From the NCBI GenBank assembly GCA_963422365.1, contig OY729426.1:960001-1024000 (forward strand): 64,000 nucleotides of DNA. The letters run 5' to 3'. This stretch comes from Nitrospirales bacterium (GTDB taxonomy: Bacteria > Nitrospirota > Nitrospiria > Nitrospirales > UBA8639). Of this stretch, positions 1-9,866 are shown in pieces. Below the pieces are notes generated by a model. That model worked only from the letters and a program-made list of their open reading frames with translations, ran no database searches and was not told the DNA's origin. The position numbers and the translations under genes were made by a program. Positions within the stretch are counted from its first letter, which is position 1. The number at the start of each line of letters is the position of its first letter.

Positions 1-2
1 TC

Positions 3-947
3 AGCGTTCCGGCCGGCATCAACGTGGTCGACGTTCCGGTGTATGCCGAAAAGCACAATACGCAGCATGTGTGCCTTCCCGCAGCCATCGTCGCTGCCTC
101 CGCCGGGGCCACCATCCTGTTTCACGGCATGGACAACCCCACGGTGTCCTCCGACCTTCCCCGGATATTAGAGCAACTGGGCATCCCCGCCACGTTGCAA
201 GGGCACGACCTGCTTGCAAGCCTGCAACGGAACGGATTCGCGTACCTGGACATCGCGTTGTATCACCCCCCCCTGGCAAAGTTACTGGCGTTGCGCGAAC
301 AACTAGGCGCCCAAAACCTGTTCCATCAAGTTGCCCGGCTGCTCAACCCCACGCGAGCGCACTCGCAAGTAGTGGGCGTGGCCCATCCGCCGTATCTCGA
401 AAAGATGCCGGAAGCGGTGACCATGCTCGGCGGACACCGGCTCCTGGTCTTTCAGGGGATGGAAGGATTTCCCGAACTGTCGATGGCGATCCCGACGGTT
501 ATGCGGGAACTGCGTAACAACCGTGTGACCCCCTTTACCCTCAAACCTCAGGACGTCCAGCTTCCCCTTGGCTCCTTCCAACACATGGCCATTCCCTCCC
601 AGTTCCTTCGACAGGGCTCAGGGCAGGCCCTTCCAGGCTCAGGGCAAGCTTCTCCAAAAGAGGTTCTGGCCCAAGAGGCGGCCCTGATTCGGCAGGTCTT
701 GAAGACCCAAACCCTTCGAGGCTCAGGGCAAGCACGATTCCGTGATTGGATTCTCTACAACGCCTCCATGTTGCTCTATGCCGCGGGGCAGGCCCACTCC
801 ATCGCCGAAGGCGTGCCCTTGGCACAAAAAGCACTGGAATCCGGGGCGGCTGCGAAAAAGTTGGCAGTCCTCGCCTCCCCCCCGGCGAGCCCTCAAGGCT
901 CAGGGCAAGCCTCAACGACACCGGAACAAAAGGTCGTTCACGTATGA
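3..947 (+). CDS. TrpD/YbiB-like anthranilate phosphoribosyltransferase-family protein (5'-partial), carrying 4 in-frame GSGQA repeat insertions
   Basis: ORF open from the window edge; motifs [38 protein letters not shown] and ALESGAA fit the glycosyltransferase family 3 fold. Confidence 0.75.
   Translation, partial: SVPAGINVVDVPVYAEKHNTQHVCLPAAIVAASAGATILFHGMDNPTVSSDLPRILEQLGIPATLQGHDLLASLQRNGFAYLDIALYHPPLAKLLALREQLGAQNLFHQVARLLNPTRAHSQVVGVAHPPYLEKMPEAVTMLGGHRLLVFQGMEGFPELSMAIPTVMRELRNNRVTPFTLKPQDVQLPLGSFQHMAIPSQFLRQGSGQALPGSGQASPKEVLAQEAALIRQVLKTQTLRGSGQARFRDWILYNASMLLYAAGQAHSIAEGVPLAQKALESGAAAKKLAVLASPPASPQGSGQASTTPEQKVVHV
605..910 (+). repeat. Four ~22 nt REP-like units (CCTTCG-N-GGCTCAGGGCARGC) inside the CDS at 605-627, 628-649, 712-733 and 890-910
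   Basis: Read directly: ccttcgacagggctcagggcagg, cccttccaggctcagggcaagc, cccttcgaggctcagggcaagc, ccctcaaggctcagggcaagc. Confidence 0.85.
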
Positions 948-1741
948 GACATCTTCGACAACTGGAGGATCAAAGCGTCTATATTTTTCGTGAGGCCTAT
1001 AAACACTTCGAGCACCTGGCCATGCTCTGGTCCATGGGGAAAGACTCCACGGTACTCTTATGGTTGGCCAGGAAAGCCTTCTTGGGACACGTCCCGTTTC
1101 CGCTCTTGCACGTCGATACCAGTTACAAAATTCCCGCCATGATCGAATATCGGGATCGACTGGCACGTGAATGGCGCCTCAACCTGGTGGTCGGGCAGAA
1201 CAAGAAAGCCCTGGCCGAAGGGATGAATCATGAACGAGGCCGGATCGAATGCTGCACCGCCCTCAAAACCAACGGGCTTAAACTCCTGCTCGAAGAAAAA
1301 GGGTACACGGGCATCATCCTGGGCGTCCGCGCGGATGAAGAAAGTACGCGCGCCAAAGAACGGTATTTCTCCCCGCGAGACACAAACAACGATTGGGATT
1401 TTCGAGACCAGCCGCCGGAACTGTGGGATCAATTTAAAACCTCATTCCCGCCGGGCACTCACATCCGGATTCACCCCCTGCTGGACTGGACGGAAATCAA
1501 TATTTGGGAATATATCAAGCTCGAAAACATTCCCTTTATCGATTTGTACCTCGACAGGGGCGACGGCACACGGTATCGGAGCCTGGGGTGTGCCCCCTGT
1601 ACCTTTCCCATCAAATCCACCGCCTCCACGGTCGATGAAATCATTACAGAACTACGCGCCACGAACGTGGCCGAACGCGCCGGTCGCGCTCAAGACGAAG
1701 GCCGAGGCATGGAGGTCCTCCGAAAAGATGGCTACATGTAA
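944..1741 (+). CDS. cysD: Sulfate adenylyltransferase subunit 2
   Basis: [20 protein letters not shown] and [10 protein letters not shown] motifs; ATGA overlap with the upstream stop. Confidence 0.95.
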   Translation: MRHLRQLEDQSVYIFREAYKHFEHLAMLWSMGKDSTVLLWLARKAFLGHVPFPLLHVDTSYKIPAMIEYRDRLAREWRLNLVVGQNKKALAEGMNHERGRIECCTALKTNGLKLLLEEKGYTGIILGVRADEESTRAKERYFSPRDTNNDWDFRDQPPELWDQFKTSFPPGTHIRIHPLLDWTEINIWEYIKLENIPFIDLYLDRGDGTRYRSLGCAPCTFPIKSTASTVDEIITELRATNVAERAGRAQDEGRGMEVLRKDGYM

Positions 1742-3587
1742 GACCGAAACCTCGGCGACCGTCGATATCCGTGACCGCATGAACATCGTCATCGTCGGCA
1801 GCGTGGATCACGGCAAGTCGACGTTGTTGGGGCGCTTGTATGCGGACACGGGCACCTTGCCGGAAGGCAAGATCGAAAAAATCCAGGCCATCTGCAAACA
1901 ACAGGGCAAAGAGTTTGAATACGCTTTTTTGTTCGATGCCTTCCTGGAAGAGCAGCAGCAGGGCGTGACGATCGATACCGCCCGCACCTTTTTCCAATGG
2001 GCCGGACGTCAATACATCATCATCGACGCGCCAGGGCATAAAGAATTCCTGAAAAACATGGTATCCGGTGCGGCGCGTGCCGAAGCCGCCTTACTGCTGA
2101 TCGATGCATTGGAAGGGGTCAGGGATCAATCCAAACGGCACGGCCTGTTGCTCTCGATGTTGGGCGTGAAACAAGTCACCGTGGTCGTGAACAAAATGGA
2201 CCTCGTGGACTACCGGCAGGACACGTTTGCGCTCATTGAAAAAGAGTATCGCGCGTTCCTGTCTCAACTCGACGTCACTCCCCAATTCGTGATACCCGCC
2301 AGCGCTAAACGCGGTGACAACATCGCGACGCCCAGTCCTCACATGGCATGGCACACCGGCCCCACGGTTCTGGAATCGCTGGTGCAATTTTCATCGGAAT
2401 CCGAAACGACCGAACAACCCCTGCGGTTTCCCCTTCAAGACGTCTACAAATTCGATGCACGCCGCATTCTGGCGGGACGCCTCACGTCCGGACGCCTCAA
2501 AGTAGGTGACCAGTTAATTTTTTCGCCGTCGAATAAAAGCGCGGTCGTGCAAACCATCGAAGCGTTTAACGTGGAGGCACCACCAACACAAGCCCAGGCC
2601 GGACAAGCCGTGGGGATTACCCTGGACGAACAAATTTTTGTCGAGCGCGGGGAGATCCTCAGTCACGAGTCTTCCCTGCCTCTCGTCTCCACGACCTTTC
2701 GCGCCAATCTTTTTTGGCTCGGACGTCGCCCCCTGGAAATAGGGAAACCCTATCTGGTTCGGTTAGCCACGCATGAAGTCGAATGCCGCGTGGCGGCGAT
2801 TCATCGCATCGTGGATGCCAATAACCTCTCGTTGGAACAGCAAGCAACCAACACGGTCGTGAAGCGAAACGAGGTGGTGGACATCACGATACAAGCCAAA
2901 GCCCCTCTCGTCTTTGATCTGTACACCGATTTTGAGACCACGGGGCGCTTTGTCCTGGTCGATGGCTACGACGTGTCCGGGGGCGGCATCATCACCGAGA
3001 TGGTTCCGGATCGTGAAGAGACCCTTCGGGTCGAGGCGCGACAACGGGACTTTGCATGGGTCAAGGGGGACGTCACCTTGGCGGATCGCGCCACGCACTA
3101 TGGCCACCGTGCGGCGTTAGTCCTCCTCATCGGCCCTGATACCACGGGGAAAACCTTCCTGGCCAAACAAGTGGAATCCACGCTCGTGGCTGAAGGCCGG
3201 CACGTCTATATGTTGGATCCGGAAAACCTTCGCCATGGGCTCGATGCGGATTTGCAAGAAGGGGACGCCCGAGAAACGATTCGCCGCTACGGCGAAGTGG
3301 CCCGGCTGTTAATCGACACGGGCGTACTGTTGATTTCAACCACGAACTCGTTCAACCTGCCGGCTGAGCAAGTCGTCGAAGCGATCCGCACGTTGGTTCA
3401 TCCCACCCCGGTGCTCACCGTCTCTATGAGTCAAGAGACGGGACCCTCCCCCATTGAGGCAGATCTCTCCTTTACCGGTCCTGAAGACTTTACGAGCACG
3501 ACCCATGACGTTCTTGAAGCGCTGAAACAAAAAGGCATCCTGGCGGAGACGATCGGAAACCAACCCGTTTTTCAATTCTCGATTTAA
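1728..3587 (+). CDS. cysNC: Sulfate adenylyltransferase GTPase subunit fused to a degenerate APS-kinase-like domain
   Basis: [15 protein letters not shown] and NKMD GTPase motifs; C-terminal [10 protein letters not shown]...RRYGEVARL resembles APS kinase; start could also be 1779. Confidence 0.9.
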   Translation: MATCKTETSATVDIRDRMNIVIVGSVDHGKSTLLGRLYADTGTLPEGKIEKIQAICKQQGKEFEYAFLFDAFLEEQQQGVTIDTARTFFQWAGRQYIIIDAPGHKEFLKNMVSGAARAEAALLLIDALEGVRDQSKRHGLLLSMLGVKQVTVVVNKMDLVDYRQDTFALIEKEYRAFLSQLDVTPQFVIPASAKRGDNIATPSPHMAWHTGPTVLESLVQFSSESETTEQPLRFPLQDVYKFDARRILAGRLTSGRLKVGDQLIFSPSNKSAVVQTIEAFNVEAPPTQAQAGQAVGITLDEQIFVERGEILSHESSLPLVSTTFRANLFWLGRRPLEIGKPYLVRLATHEVECRVAAIHRIVDANNLSLEQQATNTVVKRNEVVDITIQAKAPLVFDLYTDFETTGRFVLVDGYDVSGGGIITEMVPDREETLRVEARQRDFAWVKGDVTLADRATHYGHRAALVLLIGPDTTGKTFLAKQVESTLVAEGRHVYMLDPENLRHGLDADLQEGDARETIRRYGEVARLLIDTGVLLISTTNSFNLPAEQVVEAIRTLVHPTPVLTVSMSQETGPSPIEADLSFTGPEDFTSTTHDVLEALKQKGILAETIGNQPVFQFSI

Positions 3588-3621
3588 CGCTGCTGAACTA
3601 AAAACAGGTCAAGGACTCCAC

Positions 3622-5155
3622 TCACTTCGAACTGGCGAGAGACTCACCAAAGCGTACAAACTCTTCATTATCCTTAAAGTGTTCTGTCAGTTTCCTGCTC
3701 TCGCCGTCGCACGCGAGAGAGGCAGCAAGCATCCGACTCGGCGTCAAGTATCTTTGCCGTTCGAGCCAATTCTTCGACCACGGACATACATTGGGGGCGT
3801 TCAACAGCGCCAGCGCAACGCCATGTTGGTCCAGTACAATGAATCGCCTGTCTTTTTTTTCAGTCCGGCTCAAGAATGGACCATGATCACCAGCGATGAT
3901 AAAAATGGAATCCGGAAACCGCTGTCTCAGTCGGTTTATGTCTTCCATCAGTTTTTTGGCGCGTCGCGTCTGGTCAATGAAGTATCTTCTATATTGTGCA
4001 AACATTTTTGCATCACCAGTTCGATGGTTGTTGAAAGTATGGCCGACGGGGCGATAGATGTAAAAGGCCGAAAACACAGGACCTTGTGTCTTCTGTTCTG
4101 CCTGGTCAATCAGATCAATGACTGTTTCGGGCCATGCTTGGTTTTCGGATTGTTTGAACGATCTTCTGAACCAATTCTTGAATGTCGTGGATGAGAGTTT
4201 GGAGCAGAATCCGAGAAGCGGCTCTCCACTCTGGCAGATCAGCGTATATTCCAACTTTATGCCCTCATAAATGATATAGTCATCAACGTATTCTCCTTTG
4301 TTGGAGCCAAAGTAATTCGAGGAGAATCCGCTCTGAATGTAATAGCCGTTTTTTCGCAATAGAGCGGTCAGAAGACTCGTTGTGCGGCCAGAAAAAGCAC
4401 CATTATTTTTGCCCCCCCCCAATTCAAACAGCGTCGCCCAAGCTGGCTTGGTAAGAACATGTTCAGCAAACCCCATATGATCCGCATAAATCGTGTCATC
4501 CAGCGTCGCCAGATAATCCGCAGCAGGGTTTCTGACGCCGATAAAGGTTTCCGAAAAAGCTGAATGCGTCAGAGAATCAAACATGATAACGTGTACGTTG
4601 TTTTTCCTGTTCAGAGAAATCCTGTCGGTTTCGTGGTAATTCCTCCATTTGGAATGTTCGAAGTCAGCTAAAAATTCCGAATGCCCCATAAATGATACAC
4701 TGCAAAGACCAATCATGAGAACCGTCATCCGTCCGATATACAACGGACCGAAACGATAATAAATGAACATGGCAGAAATGAGCAGGGGGGGCGATCCACC
4801 AAAGCTTGCCTATGTGGACTTCAAGGGTTGGCAGCCAGAGCCCAACCCCGAATGGCAAACTGAGGGTGACAAAGACAACAGAATCAAATCGTGTCAGACC
4901 GAATCGGGTGCTTATTCTCAAAAACAAGAAGAGCAACAGGGTCAATCCGACAAGCCAGAACCCGTAAAACACCGTCAAATATCCAAAAACGACACTATCG
5001 GATTTCCAGAACCCGAATGAGAGGATATTGCTGGCAAAATAGATCTGTAAGAGAAGAAAAGCTCCTAGCGCTTTCCGACCGTTCACGGGCACTTGTGGCA
5101 ATCGTAGCGTCCTGATAGAGGTTTTTAGCATTGCGGCTTTATCTTGCATATTCAT
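3622..5155 (-). pseudogene. Membrane-anchored sulfatase/alkaline-phosphatase-superfamily protein (NoeB/LTA-synthase-like), split by a single frameshift at a C7 tract (4785-4791)
   Basis: N-terminal TM ORF (4664-5155) and C-terminal ORF (3622-4770; NVHVIMFDSL, IIAGDHG) join as WIAPLLISAMFIYY when one C is removed. Confidence 0.7.
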
Positions 5156-6533
5156 ACATTGTTCTGTTCGTCGCTTGGATCTCGTGCGACGTGACGCGTG
5201 TGCATAATCCATTCAAAATCTGCTCGAAACGTTCTCGGTTGTAATCGTGAAAAATATCTTCCCGATGACGCAGCAGACCTTGCGCCATGGGGTCCGTTTG
5301 GGGAATGAACTCGACCAGACCCTTTGGCGCAAGGTCGCACACCCAGCCCATGAATTCCTCTAGGGGAATGTTTCTGCCTATTACGAGGTGATGAATAAGC
5401 GCAAAGCAGAAGATGCCATCCAGAGGTCCAAGCCGTTCTTCCAGCGTCATCCTTTCTTCATGCCGCCAGCCCAGATTCGGCGATGGATTGGCAATATCGT
5501 AATATAAGAATTGAACCGGCCAAGCATGCCCCTGTATGTCTCTGGTGGCAAGGTCGATGGCGCCACCGTCACAATCGGTACCGATTATCTGCTCGGCGCC
5601 GGCACAAATCGCGGCCTTGGAATACTCTCCCGTGTTGCAACCCAGATCCAACAACCTTCGCAGGTTATTGTTTCTCACGAATTCCTGGGTGATGTGCATC
5701 TTATCCGTTCGGGAGGCATCGCCGTAGGTATTATGCGTTGCATATTTCTGCCAATAGGATGTCCGCCTGCGCTTTAGTTTTGTGATAAATTGTCTCAAGC
5801 CGTCGGCGAGTGCTATCAGATTCTTCCGTGGGATATTCCTCGATTTTTTTCGACTCGTTCCATCAGATACGGATTCCAACCTTCGCATCGCCCACGCGTG
5901 CAGATGCATATGCAGCAAGACTTGCGGCCGGCAATAGCTGGTCAAAGGAAGCGCTGCGGACACCTCCATTAAATCGAGACCTTCTAGGCGTCCCCTGAAC
6001 CATTGGTTGAAATCGATACGGGAAAACGCCGTGAGACATAATGGAGCCAGAAAATGTTCGCAAAATTGCTTGTAGCCGAGAAAAGGGTCTCCTTCCCGGT
6101 ATTCACTGAAAGAGAGGACATCCATGAATATTGGTTTGGAATGAATGAATTGCACGTTGAACGCTGACGCATCTTTCAACGTGTAGCCATTTTCCAGACT
6201 GCCGATCAGCAGCGTCAACGTCAGACATGCTGCGTCCTTCAACGATTCGAAAGACCACTCGTAAGGGTAGGAAATAAAGGGAAGCGGCTCATGTTCAACC
6301 CACATTCGGTAGGCTGCGACATCGTCCGTGGGAATCCCCGCAATGATCGCCTCTTCGGGGGAAACTTCTTTTGTATTCACGATCAGCGTTCCAGCGTGTT
6401 CCTTGAAGAAAGCCGAGTGAATAAAATGGCGAAACCAGTCAGTCGTGTCGCTCGAAATACCTCGGAAGATCCGTTCCGAAGCGATAAAAACATGTCCGGC
6501 AGAGTCCCTGAAGGATCCGGGCGCTCTACTCAC
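5139..6533 (-). CDS. SAM-dependent methyltransferase with an N-terminal kinase-like domain (NoeA-like)
   Basis: SFRD, ISYPYEWSF and LKDASAFNVQF in the N-terminal part; LLDLGCNTGEYS class I SAM motif; FALIHHL. Confidence 0.8.
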   Translation of the reverse strand: MSRAPGSFRDSAGHVFIASERIFRGISSDTTDWFRHFIHSAFFKEHAGTLIVNTKEVSPEEAIIAGIPTDDVAAYRMWVEHEPLPFISYPYEWSFESLKDAACLTLTLLIGSLENGYTLKDASAFNVQFIHSKPIFMDVLSFSEYREGDPFLGYKQFCEHFLAPLCLTAFSRIDFNQWFRGRLEGLDLMEVSAALPLTSYCRPQVLLHMHLHAWAMRRLESVSDGTSRKKSRNIPRKNLIALADGLRQFITKLKRRRTSYWQKYATHNTYGDASRTDKMHITQEFVRNNNLRRLLDLGCNTGEYSKAAICAGAEQIIGTDCDGGAIDLATRDIQGHAWPVQFLYYDIANPSPNLGWRHEERMTLEERLGPLDGIFCFALIHHLVIGRNIPLEEFMGWVCDLAPKGLVEFIPQTDPMAQGLLRHREDIFHDYNRERFEQILNGLCTRVTSHEIQATNRTMYEYAR

Positions 6534-6768
6534 CGCCTAGGCTCTCAGGGTTACGGTTTTCAGACTTCCCGTTTTGCTTTTTTATGCCGAAAAAGTTCAA
6601 TAACCGCCAATACCAGTGTTTCCACGTCAGAGCGGCGCCGGCAATAGTAGCAATAATCGCTTGAATCACCAAACTCACGGAGCCTGGATCGAGATAGGCA
6701 TGGGCAGGGTCGCTTTTGAAAAACAAAAGCAGGGTTAAGAAGAAAACAAACAGAGATGATTGAATCAT
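6526..6768 (-). CDS. Small membrane protein with signal peptide and AYLDPGS motif
   Basis: 80 aa: hydrophobic leader, AHA cleavage-like site, YLDPGSVSLVIQAIIA TM helix, basic tail; overlaps the methyltransferase start. Confidence 0.75.
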   Translation of the reverse strand: MIQSSLFVFFLTLLLFFKSDPAHAYLDPGSVSLVIQAIIATIAGAALTWKHWYWRLLNFFGIKKQNGKSENRNPESLGGE

Positions 6769-6937
6769 GTCGTACCCATAAGTAAAAAGGATTGAGAACT
6801 GTTATTTCCGACGAGCGTATTATTCCTGACTGTCCACGCCAAGATGTTGACTTGGCGTTTTCTGAGCCATTGCTTCCTCTCGTTCATATCAGTCCCCGAA
6901 CCATTCGCTCGGATCGTTCCAGAATGAATCCAGAATA

Positions 6938-7261
6938 CTACTCGCATGGCGTAGCCAGTTTTAAACCCACAATTCCCGCAATAATCAAAAAGATAAAAAA
7001 TAAACGGGCAACGTCGCGCGGCTCATTAAACAGAATCATGCCCATGATGGCCGTCCCTACGGCGCCAATACCGGTCCAGATGGCATAAGCAGTTCCAATC
7101 GGGATGGCTCGCGCGGCGAACGCCAGACACACCATACTCACGCTCATCGCCGCCACCGTCACCACACTTGGCCCCAGCCGCGTAAACCCATCCGTATATT
7201 TGAGCCAGGTTGCCCAGACAATCTCAAACCCACCGGCGACAAACAAAGCTATCCACGCCAT
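6938..7261 (-). CDS. sugE: SMR-family guanidinium exporter Gdx/SugE
   Basis: MAWIALFVAGGFEIVWA, KYTDGFTRL and GTAYAIWTGIG; AGGAGG RBS upstream. Confidence 0.9.
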   Translation of the reverse strand: MAWIALFVAGGFEIVWATWLKYTDGFTRLGPSVVTVAAMSVSMVCLAFAARAIPIGTAYAIWTGIGAVGTAIMGMILFNEPRDVARLFFIFLIIAGIVGLKLATPCE

Positions 7262-7294
7262 AGACTCCTCCTTTTCGTGCAAGGAACTTCTGAA

Positions 7295-7360
7295 GTCCTC
7301 TCTTGTCGCACGACCCGGCTTAAGAAATACCCGTAAATATACGTCACGGTCATCCTGGTC
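7295..7360 (-). promoter_or_regulatory. Candidate guanidine-III (ykkC-III) riboswitch variant
   Basis: Minus strand: GACCAGG-AUGA-[hairpin]-GGUA-UUUCU...CCGGGUC-GUGC-GACAAG-AGAGG gives P1 plus a pseudoknot like ykkC-III; lies directly 5' of gdx. Confidence 0.5.
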
Positions 7361-7456
7361 TCTTGAATAGGACAAACTGAAAGCTTGTCATTTGTCTGTT
7401 GCTCCCGCCTTTTCCCCTGTGTCATTGGCAGGAAAATAGTCAACGATACCCGAATC

Positions 7457-7485
7457 CGTCATTCCGGGCTTGACCCGGCATCCAG
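7457..7485. repeat. Isolated REP-like palindrome (CGTCATTCCGGGCTTGACCCGG type)
   Basis: ccggg-cttga-cccgg hairpin preceded by CGTCAT. Confidence 0.6.
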
Positions 7486-7739
7486 TATTATTTTGTGCGC
7501 CGTCCTCACCATCATCCAACACGCGATTGGTCAGAATACTTTCGTAGACCGAGGCGTCGGTGGAGGCAACTATGGCTTAATAAAAGCCATTTTTCAAGAA
7601 AAGCTTGGCGCTGGTTTATGAATTTGGCAGTATTAGGAGATTTCTCATGCTTCTTCTGCCCTGTTTCTTCACTTGGCAATCGAACCTAGTGTGGGCTATA
7701 GTAGAAAAGATAGATAGGAAATGTGCCAACTGAAAACAA

Positions 7740-8091
7740 GGGGGTGACTGGCTTCGACGGGGATCAAGAGGTCAACGGTGCGTGTCGAGCTCTCGGAGTC
7801 TCGTTAAACCTTCGGGAAACCTATAATTGCCAACGAACCATTGGCTCTCGCAGCTTAATTGACTGCGACGTCTCCCCATTCTCTGTCTGCGGGCATGGAT
7901 GAGGCGCTACTTCAGCAGGCTGGTCCAATGTTGGTGCTCAGCAACGACGGATGAGACTTTTCTGGGCTAGCAAACGCTCTAAGCCGGTCAGTGGGCGTGG
8001 GCGGGTGCGAATCCTCAAACATTGACTACGCACGTAGGACCGTTGTGCTGAATGTCTTCGGACGCGGGTTCAAATCCCGCCACCTCCACCA
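7740..8091 (+). ncRNA. ssrA: tmRNA; tag peptide (A)ANEPLALAA at 7829-7858
   Basis: 5' GGGGGTGA..TTCGAC; 3' GCGGGTTCAAATCCCGCCACCTCCACCA acceptor stem with G.U pair; tag ends in LAA-stop. Confidence 0.97.
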
Positions 8092-8096
8092 ACGTG

Positions 8097-8130
8097 AAAA
8101 GTCCCTGGGATGAATGCCCCAGGGACTTTT
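8097..8130 (+). terminator. Intrinsic terminator after ssrA (bidirectional form)
   Basis: aaaagtccctggg ... cccagggactttt, 13-bp stem. Confidence 0.85.
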
Positions 8131-8199
8131 TGGTATATCATTGGCAGCAACAACTTTAGCCGTCAATTAAAACGGCTATGCCCCGTACGATCGGGGTGG

Positions 8200-9000
8200 A
8201 ACAGACAAAGAGCCCGCCGGCTGGAATACCGATTGCAGCTTCCGCGAATCAGCAGAGGTGCACCAACTGATCGTCTTCGGTGTAACCGGACCAGTCATGA
8301 GGATCCATTCTTCGCACAAACCTAGCGAGGATGGAACTGCATTCAATCTTGACCACAGACGCTATCTGCCAAATACGAAGATAGGCCGACTATAACGGTC
8401 CGATGGTATTTCGGCGAACCCGCCTTTATGGTAGGCAAGCTGCTCCGCACCGACCTTACCGCGACTGCCGCCGCGCAGCTTGAGCTTGTTCCAGAACCAC
8501 ACCGCCGCGATTTCTTCAGCCAAATAGCCGAATATGCCCTGCAGCATCTGCTCCCATACGACTCGATGGACGCGCTCGCCGCCCATTTCCCGCAGCCAAT
8601 CCGCGCCCGTCCGGTCCTCAAGCGTGAGCCCGTCCTTGACTCGGCGCGTCAGCAGCGCCAGCAGTCTGATCTGGATGCAGTCAGGGAACGGCAGGGTCGA
8701 AAAACGCAACAGATCGACAGACGACGATAGCCTGAAGACGTCGTTGCGTAGGACATGCCGGTGCGCGTGGGCCGCAACAGCACCTAATCCGAATTGCCCA
8801 ACTCCTTGATGAGTTGCCTCACATGGACATCGTTCGTGAACCAGTGGTGGTAGAACTTCTCGGTCCGGACGCCATTGCCGCAAAGCTGCTGGTAGCCCGC
8901 CGAACTCAGGGTCCTGCTCCGGAACGGTGACGCGGATGCCGTGCCGGACGAGTTCAAAGGTTACGGCGAAACTGCATGCGACGCAAGCCGCGTTGGATGA
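8200..9000 (-). pseudogene. Decayed NAD(P)/FAD-dependent oxidoreductase (amine oxidase/HemY-like)
   Basis: Remnants: ELVRHGIRVTVPEQDPEFGGL, ADWLREMGGERVHRVVWEQMLQGIFG, AAVWFWNKLKLRGGSR, LAYHKGGF; nucleotide-binding start destroyed; boundaries approximate. Confidence 0.6.
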
Positions 9001-9279
9001 ACGCTCTCGGGCATCAGGGCCGGCATACAGGGTGCCCTCCCAAAGGCGGTGGTTCTCCCGACGTGTCATGGACCCAGGCGATCCAATCATGACAAAATTT
9101 ACCCTCGCCTATGGGGAGGTCCATCGTCAGCGTATCCCGATGCGATTACGTCAGAAGCCTCTCAACCGAAACTCCGGTAAGAAACGCCAACCCCGCTGTG
9201 TGGTTGGTGTGGTAAATCCTGCCGGGATTTCGATTTCGGTGTGTCTTGATAGACTGCACGAAGCTTGCTCTCCCCCCGC

Positions 9280-9846
9280 TTAATGCAGCCAAATGTTTTT
9301 GGCTTGTTGGTGCGGAGGATTCTGCATGCGATCCAGATCTTGGCGTACGAGTCCGAGACCGGTCACGCACAGTTCAAAGTTCGAAGAGAGTTTTTGAAAC
9401 AGCACCGGTGGTTCTTGCCGTTCACCGTGTTGGAAGGCGGCGACAATTCGGTACGAACGTTTCCCTGCCTTCATGTAATTCACGAAATGATCGTTGTGGT
9501 AAATCATCCCTTCAGCTTTGAGATAGCGCAGATATTCTGGAAACAGCCCTGCAATAAACAACGTCAAATCGCCAATGTGCCGATGAATTTCCCGTTCTCG
9601 ACCAAGCTCGGGGGAGTCCGTCGCGAGTTCGGATTCGTATAAGAGTTCGGCCACCGTTTCGACGGGTTGTCCGTGCTGATTTTTAATGTGATGGAGATGG
9701 TCGACATGGGAGAATTCGACGAGAAGATTGGAGAGATAGGCGGTGACGTTGAAATCAGGCCACCCCAGTGACTCGGTAAAGCTGCGTTCCGTCAGCGTAC
9801 CAAATAATTGTCTGAGTGGATGATGTTGAGGAACAGCGGCCGACAT
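9280..9846 (-). CDS. Conserved hypothetical protein (IGDLTLFIAGLFPE family)
   Basis: Clean 188-aa ORF with RBS, co-oriented with dtd. Confidence 0.75.
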   Translation of the reverse strand: MSAAVPQHHPLRQLFGTLTERSFTESLGWPDFNVTAYLSNLLVEFSHVDHLHHIKNQHGQPVETVAELLYESELATDSPELGREREIHRHIGDLTLFIAGLFPEYLRYLKAEGMIYHNDHFVNYMKAGKRSYRIVAAFQHGERQEPPVLFQKLSSNFELCVTGLGLVRQDLDRMQNPPHQQAKNIWLH

Positions 9847-9866
9847 CGTCTCCCCCTCTTGACCCG

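Noticed and set aside
6765..6947. 60-aa ORF between gdx and the YLDPG peptide
   Set aside because: No recognisable motif; it may be a stub cut by the cassette insertion, but that cannot be supported from sequence alone.
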